Positions 27,701-37,127 of a stretch of DNA of 64,000 nucleotides are shown here, piece after piece. Numbering within the stretch: the first letter of the stretch is position 1; the number at the start of each line of letters is the position of its first letter. Under the pieces are notes generated by a model, which did not search any database, was not told where the DNA came from, and worked only from the letters and a program-made list of their open reading frames with translations. The stretch lies in contig JACOVG010000024.1 in NCBI GenBank assembly GCA_016177405.1, positions 71,079 to 135,078 on the forward strand, given 5' to 3'. The stretch comes from Candidatus Omnitrophota bacterium (lineage in GTDB: Bacteria > Omnitrophota > Gorgyraeia > 1-14-0-20-64-10). The translations under genes and the position numbers were made by a program.

Positions 27701-28964
27701 GAGGAAAGAAGCGGGGGGGATGAAAAGCGACAATCTCGGCGTCTTCGGAACACACCTCACCGCTGAGGGACAGTTGAGGAGGATGAAGGACATTGTAAAC
27801 GTACTCGGGGCACAAAACATACACCAGATGACGGTACAGGGCCGCCTGACAGACCCCTTTAAATATGTGGCTGCCCTCCTCATTCTTGCAACCCCCACGC
27901 AGTTCATGAACCTGGAGGCAATAGGCACAGGCACCGATAGCTGGAAAACGTGGCTTCAGATTGGGCCTCTTGTCCACGACGGGCTTCAAGCCAACAAGCC
28001 GATCAACCCTCTGTGGGGTAACGAGGGCCGCACCGATTTTCTCCTTCTCATGACGCCAGAGGAGGTCCAATTGGCAGAGGGCTACCCGATCAAGCTTAAG
28101 GCCTATCAGCGATTGGCGTTGGCGCTTCACGCGGCCCAGGGGACGGTTCCAAGCCAAATGCCCAAACAGCTTCGGGAGAGGCTGGCCGATGTCTGGCGAG
28201 AATTTGTGCAAGAAGCGGATAAGCTGCTTGTGGAAAGTTACGCGAAGCCGGCGGTGGAGCTTCCATGGTTTTCAGAAGGCGCGGACTCCAAGGGACATCC
28301 TTTGAGCGCCTACGGTAAGCGGCAAGAGGCGGACTGGGGTCCCATCCAGCAGGCCTTCCTTCGCGCCAGAGAGAAGATTCTGGATGGGGCCCAGACGGAT
28401 GAAGAGAAAATGGCGGTACTCTACGGGGTTGTCGGGCCATCTTTGGGACTCCTGGCGAGATTCTCGAAGAGGGTAGACCAGGTCCTGGGGGTCTCTATGC
28501 CCCAGCCGGCCGTTCCACCGTCCCCCGCAGGGTTGGAGGAGGCGCGGGAGGCGGCGGCGAGGGAGCGGTTGGATGGGATGAGGTCGGCGGCGCTGACCTT
28601 GGACTGGGTGGTGATTGGAAAGAGAGTTGCGGGACAGTTTCCCGGGCTTGAGCAGTTGGCTGGGCTGGAGGAACGGATTTTAATCGATGGGGATGATCCA
28701 GCAGAGACGGCCTTTAAACTGATTCAGCGGGGCGCCGCTTGGGGCGATCGGGTGACCTTCTTTGGCGGCTTGGAAGAAGGGGAGAAGCTTACCTTTGTGG
28801 CCAGAGATGCCGGGCTTACGTTTCAGATCGTTGGTCTTAAGGAGCAGGGTTTTTCCATTCAGCTTCGGCAGATCTTGGCGGGTCTTGGGATTCCGGACGC
28901 GGCGATTGCGGCTGGTCTCGAGGAGATGGCCGCCGACCTGACCTTCCTAGGCCAAGCGGCTTGA
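18705..28964 (+). CDS. Giant putative secreted modular protein with AGLEE-delimited modules (HExxH x2, unknown, HEAT/ARM, PfkB kinase + SAM methyltransferase, HEAT + unknown)
   Basis: 3419-aa open frame; signal peptide MKKLRSLISLALALQLA; [AG]GLE[EK] at aa 48, 546, 1127, 1353, 1750, 2435, 3275, 3319, 3354 and 3403; domain motifs read from the translation. Confidence 0.85.
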   Translation: MKKLRSLISLALALQLALPNPAGVYPELSRRALRVNQLREDPAGKTLAGLEEALQGKMFSTPVPGTKMAEGARRQMSQFFLALGTFLLLCAGGRGEEAVSPPLISSAGPVSPPSDSSQRARGLLSIGRGTYEGVLKSPARSWAVGEFAESYEEYERMLAKFPDLPPMVEEALDYLKENHPGIYERYVLPGISRIILVEGDILTAQALGEGNVLLADATVRHLHAMPRQDRPRVLAGILAHEAVHNTHRQRGRFPSTKDEEPADSALAMEELTAYLIQAAIPFAETQRPGAIQPMGYLIFQEDLFGLRHVSDGHWLGLFSGLVIGQGGLFFPDELGRPPKVLWPLASRRIQALAKIERMERQRFGEETAVEFLIFHKGEEDPRAVYVEYRIREVIYRRKVDVRRGGRTSVGKPAVVSRDASVFHREVQEPYETKGGPAADPKVLRDLKAFLLEVAQQLSNEPRTPADQRLLEVIREIQKRLEPPPAPPKPTVPGRKGLETPTGLGRAETQPPNQPRTFWAARGNGKVPFTPTALTRKSTPPVSGPTAGLEEGTSLKRRMEIAKGHGALYISLIDIFLRPGDLEEKNQRVEQQIRDLPPGFPKSMKEGYLEGYRRFLGGLAANHALLEDFRQEGVRGLLSRLALSLEEDPARPSMRIKAVRGVLERSLSREMNDADYLLTTFIVSSGLEKKKDMNEIELDLQKVLAHPVRQGSTRLLEPTRGVLIVEVQEELIRLMQNRGLLLWAGAAFYVPSESNHLPNFIIVPDNSQLWKKALANERYLTDDPDVRHEFHHLVWDLLMRSGFLRETKESSVGRSKAFDGFRDEVSAYIVAANKHFAGVEPKLLNYLEGTGDLSADARKATRDARDFSAAAMEIAEQLGIPRSAFLYASMTARNFSELKRLFAELTPLRKLEDLEACGLLYAAWEKLRYEADVSKSIGDLLREKGLRVDPALAQAFAIHHLRSDEKSFQRLGELDEELGRIEKVFAAFGSRLPSREGVLEAVFETRLPLPLETRQTIRTFSLGERTGIPLGLKPEDFLTSLVSFLLIDDPATGNRFRIYQAIVRSSPVMLAAFRKVQDEIIRKGSQAYRIEMKGRGALEAEIKTISDWIKRLGEPPPALDTPAPATPAGLEKVVRGNLAMLRQAYPLMESAVVPEPFVRGEKNRPHLYFALNGAGKILEIRQDWVSTEDRAAKWVLGLALRWPAKGPFQLSTAKRDVEIITGPSGAGYSKLPKLFLDSIKLFNRVPYPFAALTRFSPDEAQKELGQFKGLGKLQAAETWVGHGGTNRREKISLVDPPGNLWFIHLKDVMVEKTTREERFLEGSLFVRQRQISLGELQKLIASSSLIQRFPRSPAGLEEGWLKRALKRFGFVSGKPVLEDKKAQEGPRAVAARDLIARGEKPEGITEVVGYLESVLEEERRNAQMALTQIADDKQNSDPAKVNFLRAMNNAQVVQKSVPNLFRPGVYRAAYDTLRELVSYGEFNEAFISVIPILAEKLSSSDGDVRLPSLAVLNYLAGFEKFAEAIKKARVLEKCLANPNLLRDTANLYRRHDVEPSIYLLFLNVPAYLGTFNSRVIPLLAAGYSDSDPLIRNEASRVLLRLAHYLELWTAYVTRVIPAILGNLMNPDESIRDSARSDLLALDSTRPYYPFPEDADLDGLHQAIVSRIPPPVLTAYRQAWFDGKTLKALDNPFRSDAVNALSQDIFKRDAGSKEERLLLQLLGEFSPEKAAEIKSVLEKRSRAPGTGLPGAAGLEEVAEELKGQTLKLLNDVFGGSEIKQVTREALGRLQERFDRAPSEEKRGILGRFWEIYLPSLRKLARQRIQETAATARPLPPGHVEPSVVIVGPAVNLNLNIGWMPDPEDSQRLVVDPGATSLKANGSPTNVMETLLFLGTPFRSIGMRGADGAPVHQIFFELLGAVGIDPQEWPRVSGDVDFVPTMSAGTLGLDYRFIPPLPPWKNAELSNYTGAVSRVTEELATGGRPHGALAVTSRVPANAPSDFLSQLFRIGKKGGLFVVYDPKTNTLENPEIRSAIVAEGPHLITPNLEEFSVLVGLPLEELQTPEQIIVAAHRLIGRPKTDIPMILISLGDRGALLIDKERAAYANVPPVSVVGPGGAGDAGLAGLLRQYAQTEASQRPFSTLRDSEFLSLLRAYVAAGAAAVLMPGDESPFLEGVVQMEQQVRTTFFRGELPSEHLAGLFTPVERPTAQSPYQNRVWVPRLGRFFFADEEVISPDNAGSDLYLNFILSNPSLFRDKTVLEPFTGSGVLAYALASVGATVVATDVSESAIRLAERNRQDWPPEIRGRVTFGISDVYGNLWRITALREFDVMIGNNPTQRQDPLPGDGASYMTSAGEHFEVIREAITGLAVLLKPGGSAYLQTRVVQEQEEPLRRLTAEHLKEKLLPEGWDLEPTSYEGMGRTELIPLVINRIFRTPAGLEEEEAGGRVRGWALSLIGRLFQFPSRLVTERKLMKILKNPNDNPYERRLDALEVVSITGDKRLRAKWDSSPGWDLSYREAVIKHLARMGSKKLVPLLREILQDPKTETAAGVVAAREMIDLGATDVAVAYLGQAVGKEEIPPQSHEDVIKALWKEEISPLDYENVIRALGKAGGTAAVGYLGKVAEKLWLGDGSPSYWALEALGRIGSQEALDRLRGFASHHKVQLLRFMAQTVLTEIENPKRAIPSLKQLMLDSRVPNEFKATVLERIAEGGSPDGIAFVGEMARDLKITSLRDKAVEGLVKNGSPQAVGELAEVLRVEDGISSFWASTLEGLATIKTPEAVALLGRLATDKGMLVLSRSKVIDLLLKVESRHAIPHLAKLAQEEGENVLLHGDKQAAALRLIEIGGDEALPYLKQIARNGWSWTLAIQGLGEMGGVEGLDFLARLAVDKEVDPKRKERALFQLADVSSPEALDWLRRVAMDPDQDPTLQAAAMSALMRVIPRSLPYLLGGLLVADDEGIPLAMLRRFSKKDILAAVSRGSPGPEKLLWLPPVGSKVPVALRKEAGGMKSDNLGVFGTHLTAEGQLRRMKDIVNVLGAQNIHQMTVQGRLTDPFKYVAALLILATPTQFMNLEAIGTGTDSWKTWLQIGPLVHDGLQANKPINPLWGNEGRTDFLLLMTPEEVQLAEGYPIKLKAYQRLALALHAAQGTVPSQMPKQLRERLADVWREFVQEADKLLVESYAKPAVELPWFSEGADSKGHPLSAYGKRQEADWGPIQQAFLRAREKILDGAQTDEEKMAVLYGVVGPSLGLLARFSKRVDQVLGVSMPQPAVPPSPAGLEEAREAAARERLDGMRSAALTLDWVVIGKRVAGQFPGLEQLAGLEERILIDGDDPAETAFKLIQRGAAWGDRVTFFGGLEEGEKLTFVARDAGLTFQIVGLKEQGFSIQLRQILAGLGIPDAAIAAGLEEMAADLTFLGQAA
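18774..18798. repeat. CCTTCGAC-x-GCTC family short element, in frame after the signal peptide of the giant gene
   Basis: Reverse complement cccttcgactaagctctgggtaaac resembles ccttcgacaggctcaggacgaac in miaB. Confidence 0.6.
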
Positions 28965-28974
28965 TCCCTTTGAC

Positions 28975-29880
28975 TTAGCCGGTGCCGAGGACGTGCCGGA
29001 GGGTCCAGTCCAGGCGCGGATAGATGAAGGGGTAGCCGGTGGATTTCAGGCGAGCCGAGACCGCCCGCTGGCTGGCCAGAAGCAAGGCATCGGCCATCTC
29101 GCCGAAGGCCAGCCTGGCCGCGAAGGCCGGCAGGGGAAAAAGGGCCGGCCGCCACAAGACCCTTCCCAGGGTCTTGGTGAACTCCCGGTTGGTGACCGGG
29201 TTGGGGGAGACGATGTTCACCGGCCCCTGGATCTGCTCGATCACGATCGCGTGAAGGATGGCCCCCACCGCGTCGTCCAGGGCGACCCAGCTCATGTACT
29301 GCCTGCCCGATCCGATGGTGCCTCCCAGGCCCAGCCGAAAGGGGAAGGTCATCACCGGCAGGGCCCCGCCGGCAGCGCCCAGCACCATCCCGAAGCGAAG
29401 ATTCACCACCCGGATTCCTGCCTGTGACGCCGGCTGGGTGGCGGCCTCCCAGGCTTGGCCCACCTCCGCCAGAAAGCCGCTTCCCGCCGGGCTGTCCTCG
29501 TTGAGTGTCTCGTCCCCGCGGCTGCCGTAGATGCCGACCGCCGAGGCGCTTAAGAAAACGGCCGGGGGTTTCTTCAGTTTGGGGAGCGATTCCGAGAGGA
29601 ATTGGGTTGCCTGAACCCGGCTGGTTCTGATGAGCTCCTTTTTGGCGGGGGTCCAGCGGCCCTTGGCGATGTTGTCGCCGGCCAAATGGATGAGGGCGTC
29701 AAGCCCCTCCAGCTTATCCAGATCGATTTTCTCCGCGGCCGGATCCCAGAAGGCCGTTCCTTCCTGGTTTTGAGCGGGTGCCCGGATGAGGCGGATGACC
29801 TCGTGGCGCCTCTGATGGATGAGGAAGTTGGCGAGGGCCGAGCCGACGAACCCGCTCGAGCCTGTCAGGGCGATGCGCAT
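28975..29880 (-). CDS. TIGR01777/YfcH-like NAD-dependent epimerase
   Basis: TGSSGFVG, HLAGDNI, SASAVGIYG and GSGRQYMSWV motifs. Confidence 0.9.
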   Translation of the reverse strand: MRIALTGSSGFVGSALANFLIHQRRHEVIRLIRAPAQNQEGTAFWDPAAEKIDLDKLEGLDALIHLAGDNIAKGRWTPAKKELIRTSRVQATQFLSESLPKLKKPPAVFLSASAVGIYGSRGDETLNEDSPAGSGFLAEVGQAWEAATQPASQAGIRVVNLRFGMVLGAAGGALPVMTFPFRLGLGGTIGSGRQYMSWVALDDAVGAILHAIVIEQIQGPVNIVSPNPVTNREFTKTLGRVLWRPALFPLPAFAARLAFGEMADALLLASQRAVSARLKSTGYPFIYPRLDWTLRHVLGTG

Positions 29881-29954
29881 GGGGCAGATTGTAGCAGGAG
29901 GGATGCTATAATCGCAACTGGCGGCTGTACCCTAAGAGACCATGGAGGGACGGA

Positions 29955-30983
29955 ATGAAAGCGATCGCGTTTGATCATCACGGCGGCGTGGAGGTCCTCA
30001 AATACCTGGAGGTTCCGGCTCCCAGGATGGGGGAGGACGAGGCCCTCATTGAGGTGGAGGCCTGCGGCATCAACCATCTGGATCTCTGGACCCGGCAGGG
30101 TTTGCCAGGCGTTCAGGTTCCCATGCCGCACATCTTGGGCTGTGAGGTGGTGGGGAAGGTGGCCAAGGTTGGAGCCAAGGTCACCCACGTGAAGAAGGGG
30201 GACCGGGTTTTGGCGGCGCCGGGGATAAGCTGCGGCTCCTGCCCGGCCTGCCAGGGCGGCCGCGACAGCCTCTGCCGGGAATTCAAGATCATGGGTCTTC
30301 AGCGGGACGGCGGCTACGCCGAAATGGTGTCGGCTCCGGGCAAGAACCTGATTCCGGTTTCTTCCAAGCTTAAGCCGGAGGAGTGGGCGGCCGTGCCGCT
30401 GGTTTTTGTCACCGCGTGGCACATGCTGGTGACCCGGGCCGGGCTCAAGGCCGGCGAATCGGTGCTCATCCATGCCGGCGGCTCCGGCGTGGGCTCGGCC
30501 GCCATTCAGGTGGCCCGGCTTTCCGGGGCCACCGTCTTCGCGACGGTCGGCTCGGATGAGAAGCTGAAGAAGGCGAAGGCGCTGGGGGCCCACTGGGTGA
30601 TCAACTACAACAGGCGGGATTTTCCCGAGGAGGTTCAGCGCCTCACCGAGGGCCGCGGGGTGGACGTTGTCTTCGAGCACATCGGCCCGGCCACCTGGCG
30701 CGGCAGTATGAAATGCCTGGCCCGGGGCGGGCGGCTGGTCACCTGCGGGGCGACCACCGGCCCCCTGGTGGAGCTAGATCTTCGCTTCTTCTTCACCCGC
30801 GAGCTTTCGGTGATGGGCTGCTACATGGGGGGCCGCCGGGAGCTGGACCAGGTGCTGGGGCTGGCGGCGGAGGGCCGGCTGAAGCCGGTGGTGGACACCG
30901 TCTTCCCGCTCAAGGAGGCCGCCCGGGCCCAAGCGGTGATGCAAAGCAGAAACTTCTTCGGCAAGCTCGTCCTGAAGGTTTAG
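29955..30983 (+). CDS. Zinc-binding dehydrogenase / quinone oxidoreductase (MDR family)
   Basis: CGSCPAC...C structural zinc site; GGSGVG and FGKLVL motifs. Confidence 0.88.
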   Translation: MKAIAFDHHGGVEVLKYLEVPAPRMGEDEALIEVEACGINHLDLWTRQGLPGVQVPMPHILGCEVVGKVAKVGAKVTHVKKGDRVLAAPGISCGSCPACQGGRDSLCREFKIMGLQRDGGYAEMVSAPGKNLIPVSSKLKPEEWAAVPLVFVTAWHMLVTRAGLKAGESVLIHAGGSGVGSAAIQVARLSGATVFATVGSDEKLKKAKALGAHWVINYNRRDFPEEVQRLTEGRGVDVVFEHIGPATWRGSMKCLARGGRLVTCGATTGPLVELDLRFFFTRELSVMGCYMGGRRELDQVLGLAAEGRLKPVVDTVFPLKEAARAQAVMQSRNFFGKLVLKV

Positions 30984-30985
30984 CA

Positions 30986-31774
30986 ATGCACGTCATCGCG
31001 GTGGCCAGCGGCAAAGGGGGTGTCGGGAAAACCACCGTGGCCGTGAACGTCGCCTGCGCTCTGGCCAAGGGCGGCGCCAAGGTGGGCCTGTTGGATGCCG
31101 ACATCACCGGCCCCAACGTTCCCCTCATGATGGGTCTGTCGGCCTTGCCGCCGCTTCAAGAGGGGCGGATCGTTCCGGCGGAGAATTTTGGGGTGAAGGT
31201 CATGTCGATGGGTTTCCTGGTGAAGCCGGGCGAGGCGGTGATCTGGCGGGGGCCGATGCTTCATGGAGCGATCAACAAGTTCTTGAAGGAGGTTCTCTGG
31301 GGGGAACTGGATTACCTCTTGTGCGATCTGCCGCCTGGGACCTCGGACATTCAGCTCACCCTCTCGCAGTCCATTCCGATGGCTGGGGCGCTTATCGTCA
31401 CCACGCCGCAGGAGGTTGCTCTGCAGGATGTCCGTAAGGCGATCGCCATGTTCGAGAAGGTCAAGGTTCCCCTCCTGGGGGTGGTGGAGAACATGTCCGG
31501 CTTCGTTTGCTCCCACTGCGGCAAGACCACCGACATCTTTGACCGGGGCGGGGGCCGGCGCTGGGCGCAGGAATTGAAGATCCCGTTCCTGGCCGCGGTG
31601 CCTCTGGTCCCGAAGATCCGGGAGGGCAGCGATCAGGGGCGTCCCATCGTCTTGACCGATCCGGAGTCTCCGGCGGCGGCCGCCTTTGGGCAGGCGGCGA
31701 AGAACCTAGCGGCCCAGGTGAATGCCGCGGCCGCCGCTTCCACCGGTCCAAGCGGCCCTGTTTGGAAAGTGTGA
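30986..31774 (+). CDS. Mrp/ApbC/NBP35 Fe-S cluster carrier ATPase
   Basis: SGKGGVGKTT, DADITGP, WRGPM, DLPPGT and ENMS...CSHC motifs. Confidence 0.92.
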   Translation: MHVIAVASGKGGVGKTTVAVNVACALAKGGAKVGLLDADITGPNVPLMMGLSALPPLQEGRIVPAENFGVKVMSMGFLVKPGEAVIWRGPMLHGAINKFLKEVLWGELDYLLCDLPPGTSDIQLTLSQSIPMAGALIVTTPQEVALQDVRKAIAMFEKVKVPLLGVVENMSGFVCSHCGKTTDIFDRGGGRRWAQELKIPFLAAVPLVPKIREGSDQGRPIVLTDPESPAAAAFGQAAKNLAAQVNAAAAASTGPSGPVWKV

Positions 31775-32001
31775 TGGCCGCGGATCAAACCTTGGATTGT
31801 TACGGTCTTTTATGCCCGGTGCCGGTTCGCAGGACGGCCCAGGCGCTGGAGGGGCTTCGTCCGGGCCAGCTTCTTCAGGTGATCGCCACGGACGAATGGT
31901 TTGGCCCGGATCTGGAGGCCTGGCTGCGCCATCATCCCCACCAGCTGGTCTCGATTGAAAAAGAAGGTTCGGAGATCCGCGCGTTGATTCGAAGGCAGTG
32001 A
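31774..32001 (+). CDS. TusA-like sulfur carrier
   Basis: LDCYGLLCPVP motif; about 75 aa. Confidence 0.85.
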   Translation: MAADQTLDCYGLLCPVPVRRTAQALEGLRPGQLLQVIATDEWFGPDLEAWLRHHPHQLVSIEKEGSEIRALIRRQ

Positions 32002-32795
32002 CGCCCGCCATAGCGGTTTCCCACCTGGTGAGGACCTACAACGGCCTGACGGCCGTGGACGATCTCTCCTTAGAGATCCCGGCGGGGGAGCTGTTCGGTT
32101 TCCTGGGGCCCAACGGGGCGGGCAAGACCACCACCATCAACATTCTGTGCACCCTGCTGGCTCCCGACTCCGGTTCGGCCCACGTCGCCGGCTTTGACTG
32201 CCTGGCTCAATCCCGCGAGGTCCGCCGGGCGATCGGGATCATCTTCCAGGATCCTTCCCTGGACGAGCGGCTCACCGCCTGGGAGAACCTGGAATTCCAC
32301 GGGATGATCTACCATCTCCCCAAGCTTCTTCGGCGCCAGCGCATGGAGGAGGTGCTCCGGTTGGTCGCCCTCTGGGAGAGGCGCCACGACATCGTGAAGA
32401 CCTTCTCCGGGGGGATGAAGCGGCGCCTCGAGGTGGCCCGGGGGCTGATGCATGAGCCGCGGGTTCTCTTTTTAGATGAGCCGACGATTGGCCTGGACCC
32501 GCAGACCCGCTGCCGGATCTGGGAGGCAATCGAGCGGATTCGCTCCGAGCGCCGGACCACCCTGTTCATGACGACCCACTCCATGGAGGAGGCGACCCGC
32601 TGCGACCGGGTGGCGATCCTGGACCATGGGAAGCTCCTGGTCCTGGACCGGCCGCAGGCCCTGATTGCCAGGCAGGGGGCGCGCAATCTGGAGGAGGTTT
32701 TCTTGAACCTGACCGGCCGGGGCCTCCGGGACGAGGCCGCCTCTGAGAATGAAATGCTGCGCACCCGCGTGCGAAGACTCAAGCGGTGGCGATGA
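31998..32795 (+). CDS. ABC exporter ATP-binding subunit (DrrA-like)
   Basis: GPNGAGKT, FSGGM and LDEPT motifs. Confidence 0.92.
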   Translation: MTPAIAVSHLVRTYNGLTAVDDLSLEIPAGELFGFLGPNGAGKTTTINILCTLLAPDSGSAHVAGFDCLAQSREVRRAIGIIFQDPSLDERLTAWENLEFHGMIYHLPKLLRRQRMEEVLRLVALWERRHDIVKTFSGGMKRRLEVARGLMHEPRVLFLDEPTIGLDPQTRCRIWEAIERIRSERRTTLFMTTHSMEEATRCDRVAILDHGKLLVLDRPQALIARQGARNLEEVFLNLTGRGLRDEAASENEMLRTRVRRLKRWR

Positions 32796-33550
32796 CGAAT
32801 TTCCTGGATTTTTCGGCGCTGGGGATGATCTGGAAGCGGGATTTGATCCGGCTTTCACGGGACCGGGCGCAGATCGCTGGCTCTCTGGCCAGGCCGATTT
32901 TGTGGCTGGTGATCCTGGGGCTCGGGATGGGCTCCTCCGTCTCCGGGTTTGGCTCGGGACGTTACGTGGAGTACCTCTTTCCGGGGATCATTGCGCTTAA
33001 CCTGCTCTTCGCCTCGTTCCTGTCGGCGATCTCCATCATCTGGGACCGGGAGTTCGGATTCCTGAAGGAGATGCTGGTGGCCCCGATCCCGCGGGCCTCC
33101 ATCGCCTTGGGCAAGGCGGCCAGCGGCGCCACCGTCTCCACCCTGCAGGGGTGCCTGGTGCTCCTGTTTATTCCGGTCGTGGGGGTGTCGGTCTCCTGGG
33201 CAAGGGTCGCGCTGGCGCTTCCCTTCATGTTCCTGATCGCTTTCGCGATGACCTCCCTGGGGCTTCTGGTGGCCGCGCGGATGACCTCCTTTGAGGGTTT
33301 CGGGACGATCGCCAATTTTGTGATCATGCCGATGTTCTTTGTAAGCGGCGCCGTCTTCCCGCTGGACCGGGCCCCCCGCTGGCTTTCGATCCTCTCCAAG
33401 GTGAATCCGATGACCTACGCCGTGGAGGGCCTGCGCGGGCTGATGAGGGGCGGGGTAAGCTGGGGCTTCCTTCTGGATCTGACGGTCCTGGCCCTCTTCG
33501 CGCTGTTGGCGGTCCGGCTGGCCGTGTGGGCCTTCTCCCGCCGGATGTAG
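32792..33550 (+). CDS. ABC-2 type permease
   Basis: DREFGFLKEMLVAP, SGAVFP and NPMTY motifs; six TM segments. Confidence 0.9.
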   Translation: MTNFLDFSALGMIWKRDLIRLSRDRAQIAGSLARPILWLVILGLGMGSSVSGFGSGRYVEYLFPGIIALNLLFASFLSAISIIWDREFGFLKEMLVAPIPRASIALGKAASGATVSTLQGCLVLLFIPVVGVSVSWARVALALPFMFLIAFAMTSLGLLVAARMTSFEGFGTIANFVIMPMFFVSGAVFPLDRAPRWLSILSKVNPMTYAVEGLRGLMRGGVSWGFLLDLTVLALFALLAVRLAVWAFSRRM

Positions 33551-33575
33551 CTTTCGTAAGGGGCAGGGTGATAGA

Positions 33576-33865
33576 ATGAAAAAACGCAAGATTTACATTG
33601 ATACCGGCGGCCTGACCTGTCCGAAGAAGAGGTCCCAGGAGTTCTTGAGGGCTCTTTTGGACGCCCTCCGGAAGGCCGGGTTGGAGCAGGCGGTCCAAGT
33701 GATCCCCCGCGGGTGCTTTGGTTTGTGCAACCTGGCCCCGAATCTTTACATCGAGCCGGACGGCCTCTGGTACTCTCGCTTCACCGTGAAGGATATCCCG
33801 GAGATTGTTCAGTCACATTTGATTGGCGGCCAACCGGTTACGCGGTTGATCCACTACAAAAAGGG

Positions 33866-33869
<4 letters not shown>
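33576..33869 (+). CDS. Thioredoxin-like (2Fe-2S) ferredoxin with only three Cys
   Basis: C...[21 protein letters not shown] and IVQSHL motifs; its stop overlaps the nuoBCD start. Confidence 0.75.
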
Positions 33870-36177
<2,308 letters not shown>

Positions 36178-36181
<4 letters not shown>

Positions 36182-36768
36182 GAATTTACGGGCTGGAGCT
36201 GCTGCGGGGGCTGTCCGTCACGCTGGGGCATTTCATCGCCAGCTACACCGAGGGTTTCAAGCGCACCTTCGCCAACCGCCTGCGGGGCCAGGTCCGGCAG
36301 GATCCCAGCGAGCGTGGAATCTTCACGGTGCAGTATCCCGAGGAGAGACTCCGGGTGCCGGAGCGCTTCCGGGTTCTGCCGGTTTTGATCTTCAACGGCA
36401 AGGAAGGGGAAAAGTGGACTCCGGCCGCCGAGCGCTGTACCGCCTGCGGAATCTGCGCCAAGGTTTGCCCGCCGCAGTGCATCTGGATCGTTCAGGCCAA
36501 AGACCCGGCCAGCGGCAAGCCAACCCCTAAGGCCTCGGAATTTTTCATCGATGTGGATGTCTGCATGAACTGCGGCCTGTGCGCGGAATTCTGTCCCTTC
36601 GACGCCATCAAGATGGACCACACCTTTGAGCTGGGGGGACAAGAGCGGAAGGTTTCGCACATCTTCGACATCGACAAGCTCCACGTCTCCACCGAGTATT
36701 ACGCGAAGACCCACCCCAAAGCCTGGGCCCAGGAGGAAGAGGCCAGGCGCAAGAAGGCGGTGAAGTGA
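36178..36768 (+). CDS. nuoI: NADH-quinone oxidoreductase subunit I
   Basis: TVQYPEE and two CxxCxxCxxxCP motifs. Confidence 0.9.
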
Positions 36769-37127
36769 GCTACCACCTGAATTATCTGTTTCTGGGGGTT
36801 TTCTTCGTGGGGGCCTGCGCGGTGCCGGTTTTGGCGCTTGGGCTGGCCCGCCTCATCGCGCCGAGGAAGCCGGGCAAGGAAAAGCTTTCTTCTTACGAGT
36901 GCGGCGTGGAGACCTCTGGCGACGCCTGGGTCCAGTTTCGGGTCCAGTATTACCTGTTCGCGATCCTCTTTGTGGTTTTCGACGTGGAGGCCCTGTTCCT
37001 CTTTCCCTGGGCGGTGGTTTTTAGGGAGATGGGAATGGCCGGGCTCGCGGCCATGGCGATCTTCCTTGGAATCCTGGCCCTGGGGCTGGCTTACGCTTGG
37101 CAGGAGGGGGTGCTGGAGTGGGATTAG
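36765..37127 (+). CDS. nuoA: NADH-quinone oxidoreductase subunit A
   Basis: YECG, FDVEALFLFPW and GVLEW motifs. Confidence 0.93.
   Translation: MSYHLNYLFLGVFFVGACAVPVLALGLARLIAPRKPGKEKLSSYECGVETSGDAWVQFRVQYYLFAILFVVFDVEALFLFPWAVVFREMGMAGLAAMAIFLGILALGLAYAWQEGVLEWD

Noticed and set aside
18705-28964. Giant ORF as an NRPS/PKS, RTX or Rhs protein
   Set aside because: No adenylation, condensation or ketosynthase motifs, no GGxGxD nonapeptides and no YD repeats were seen.
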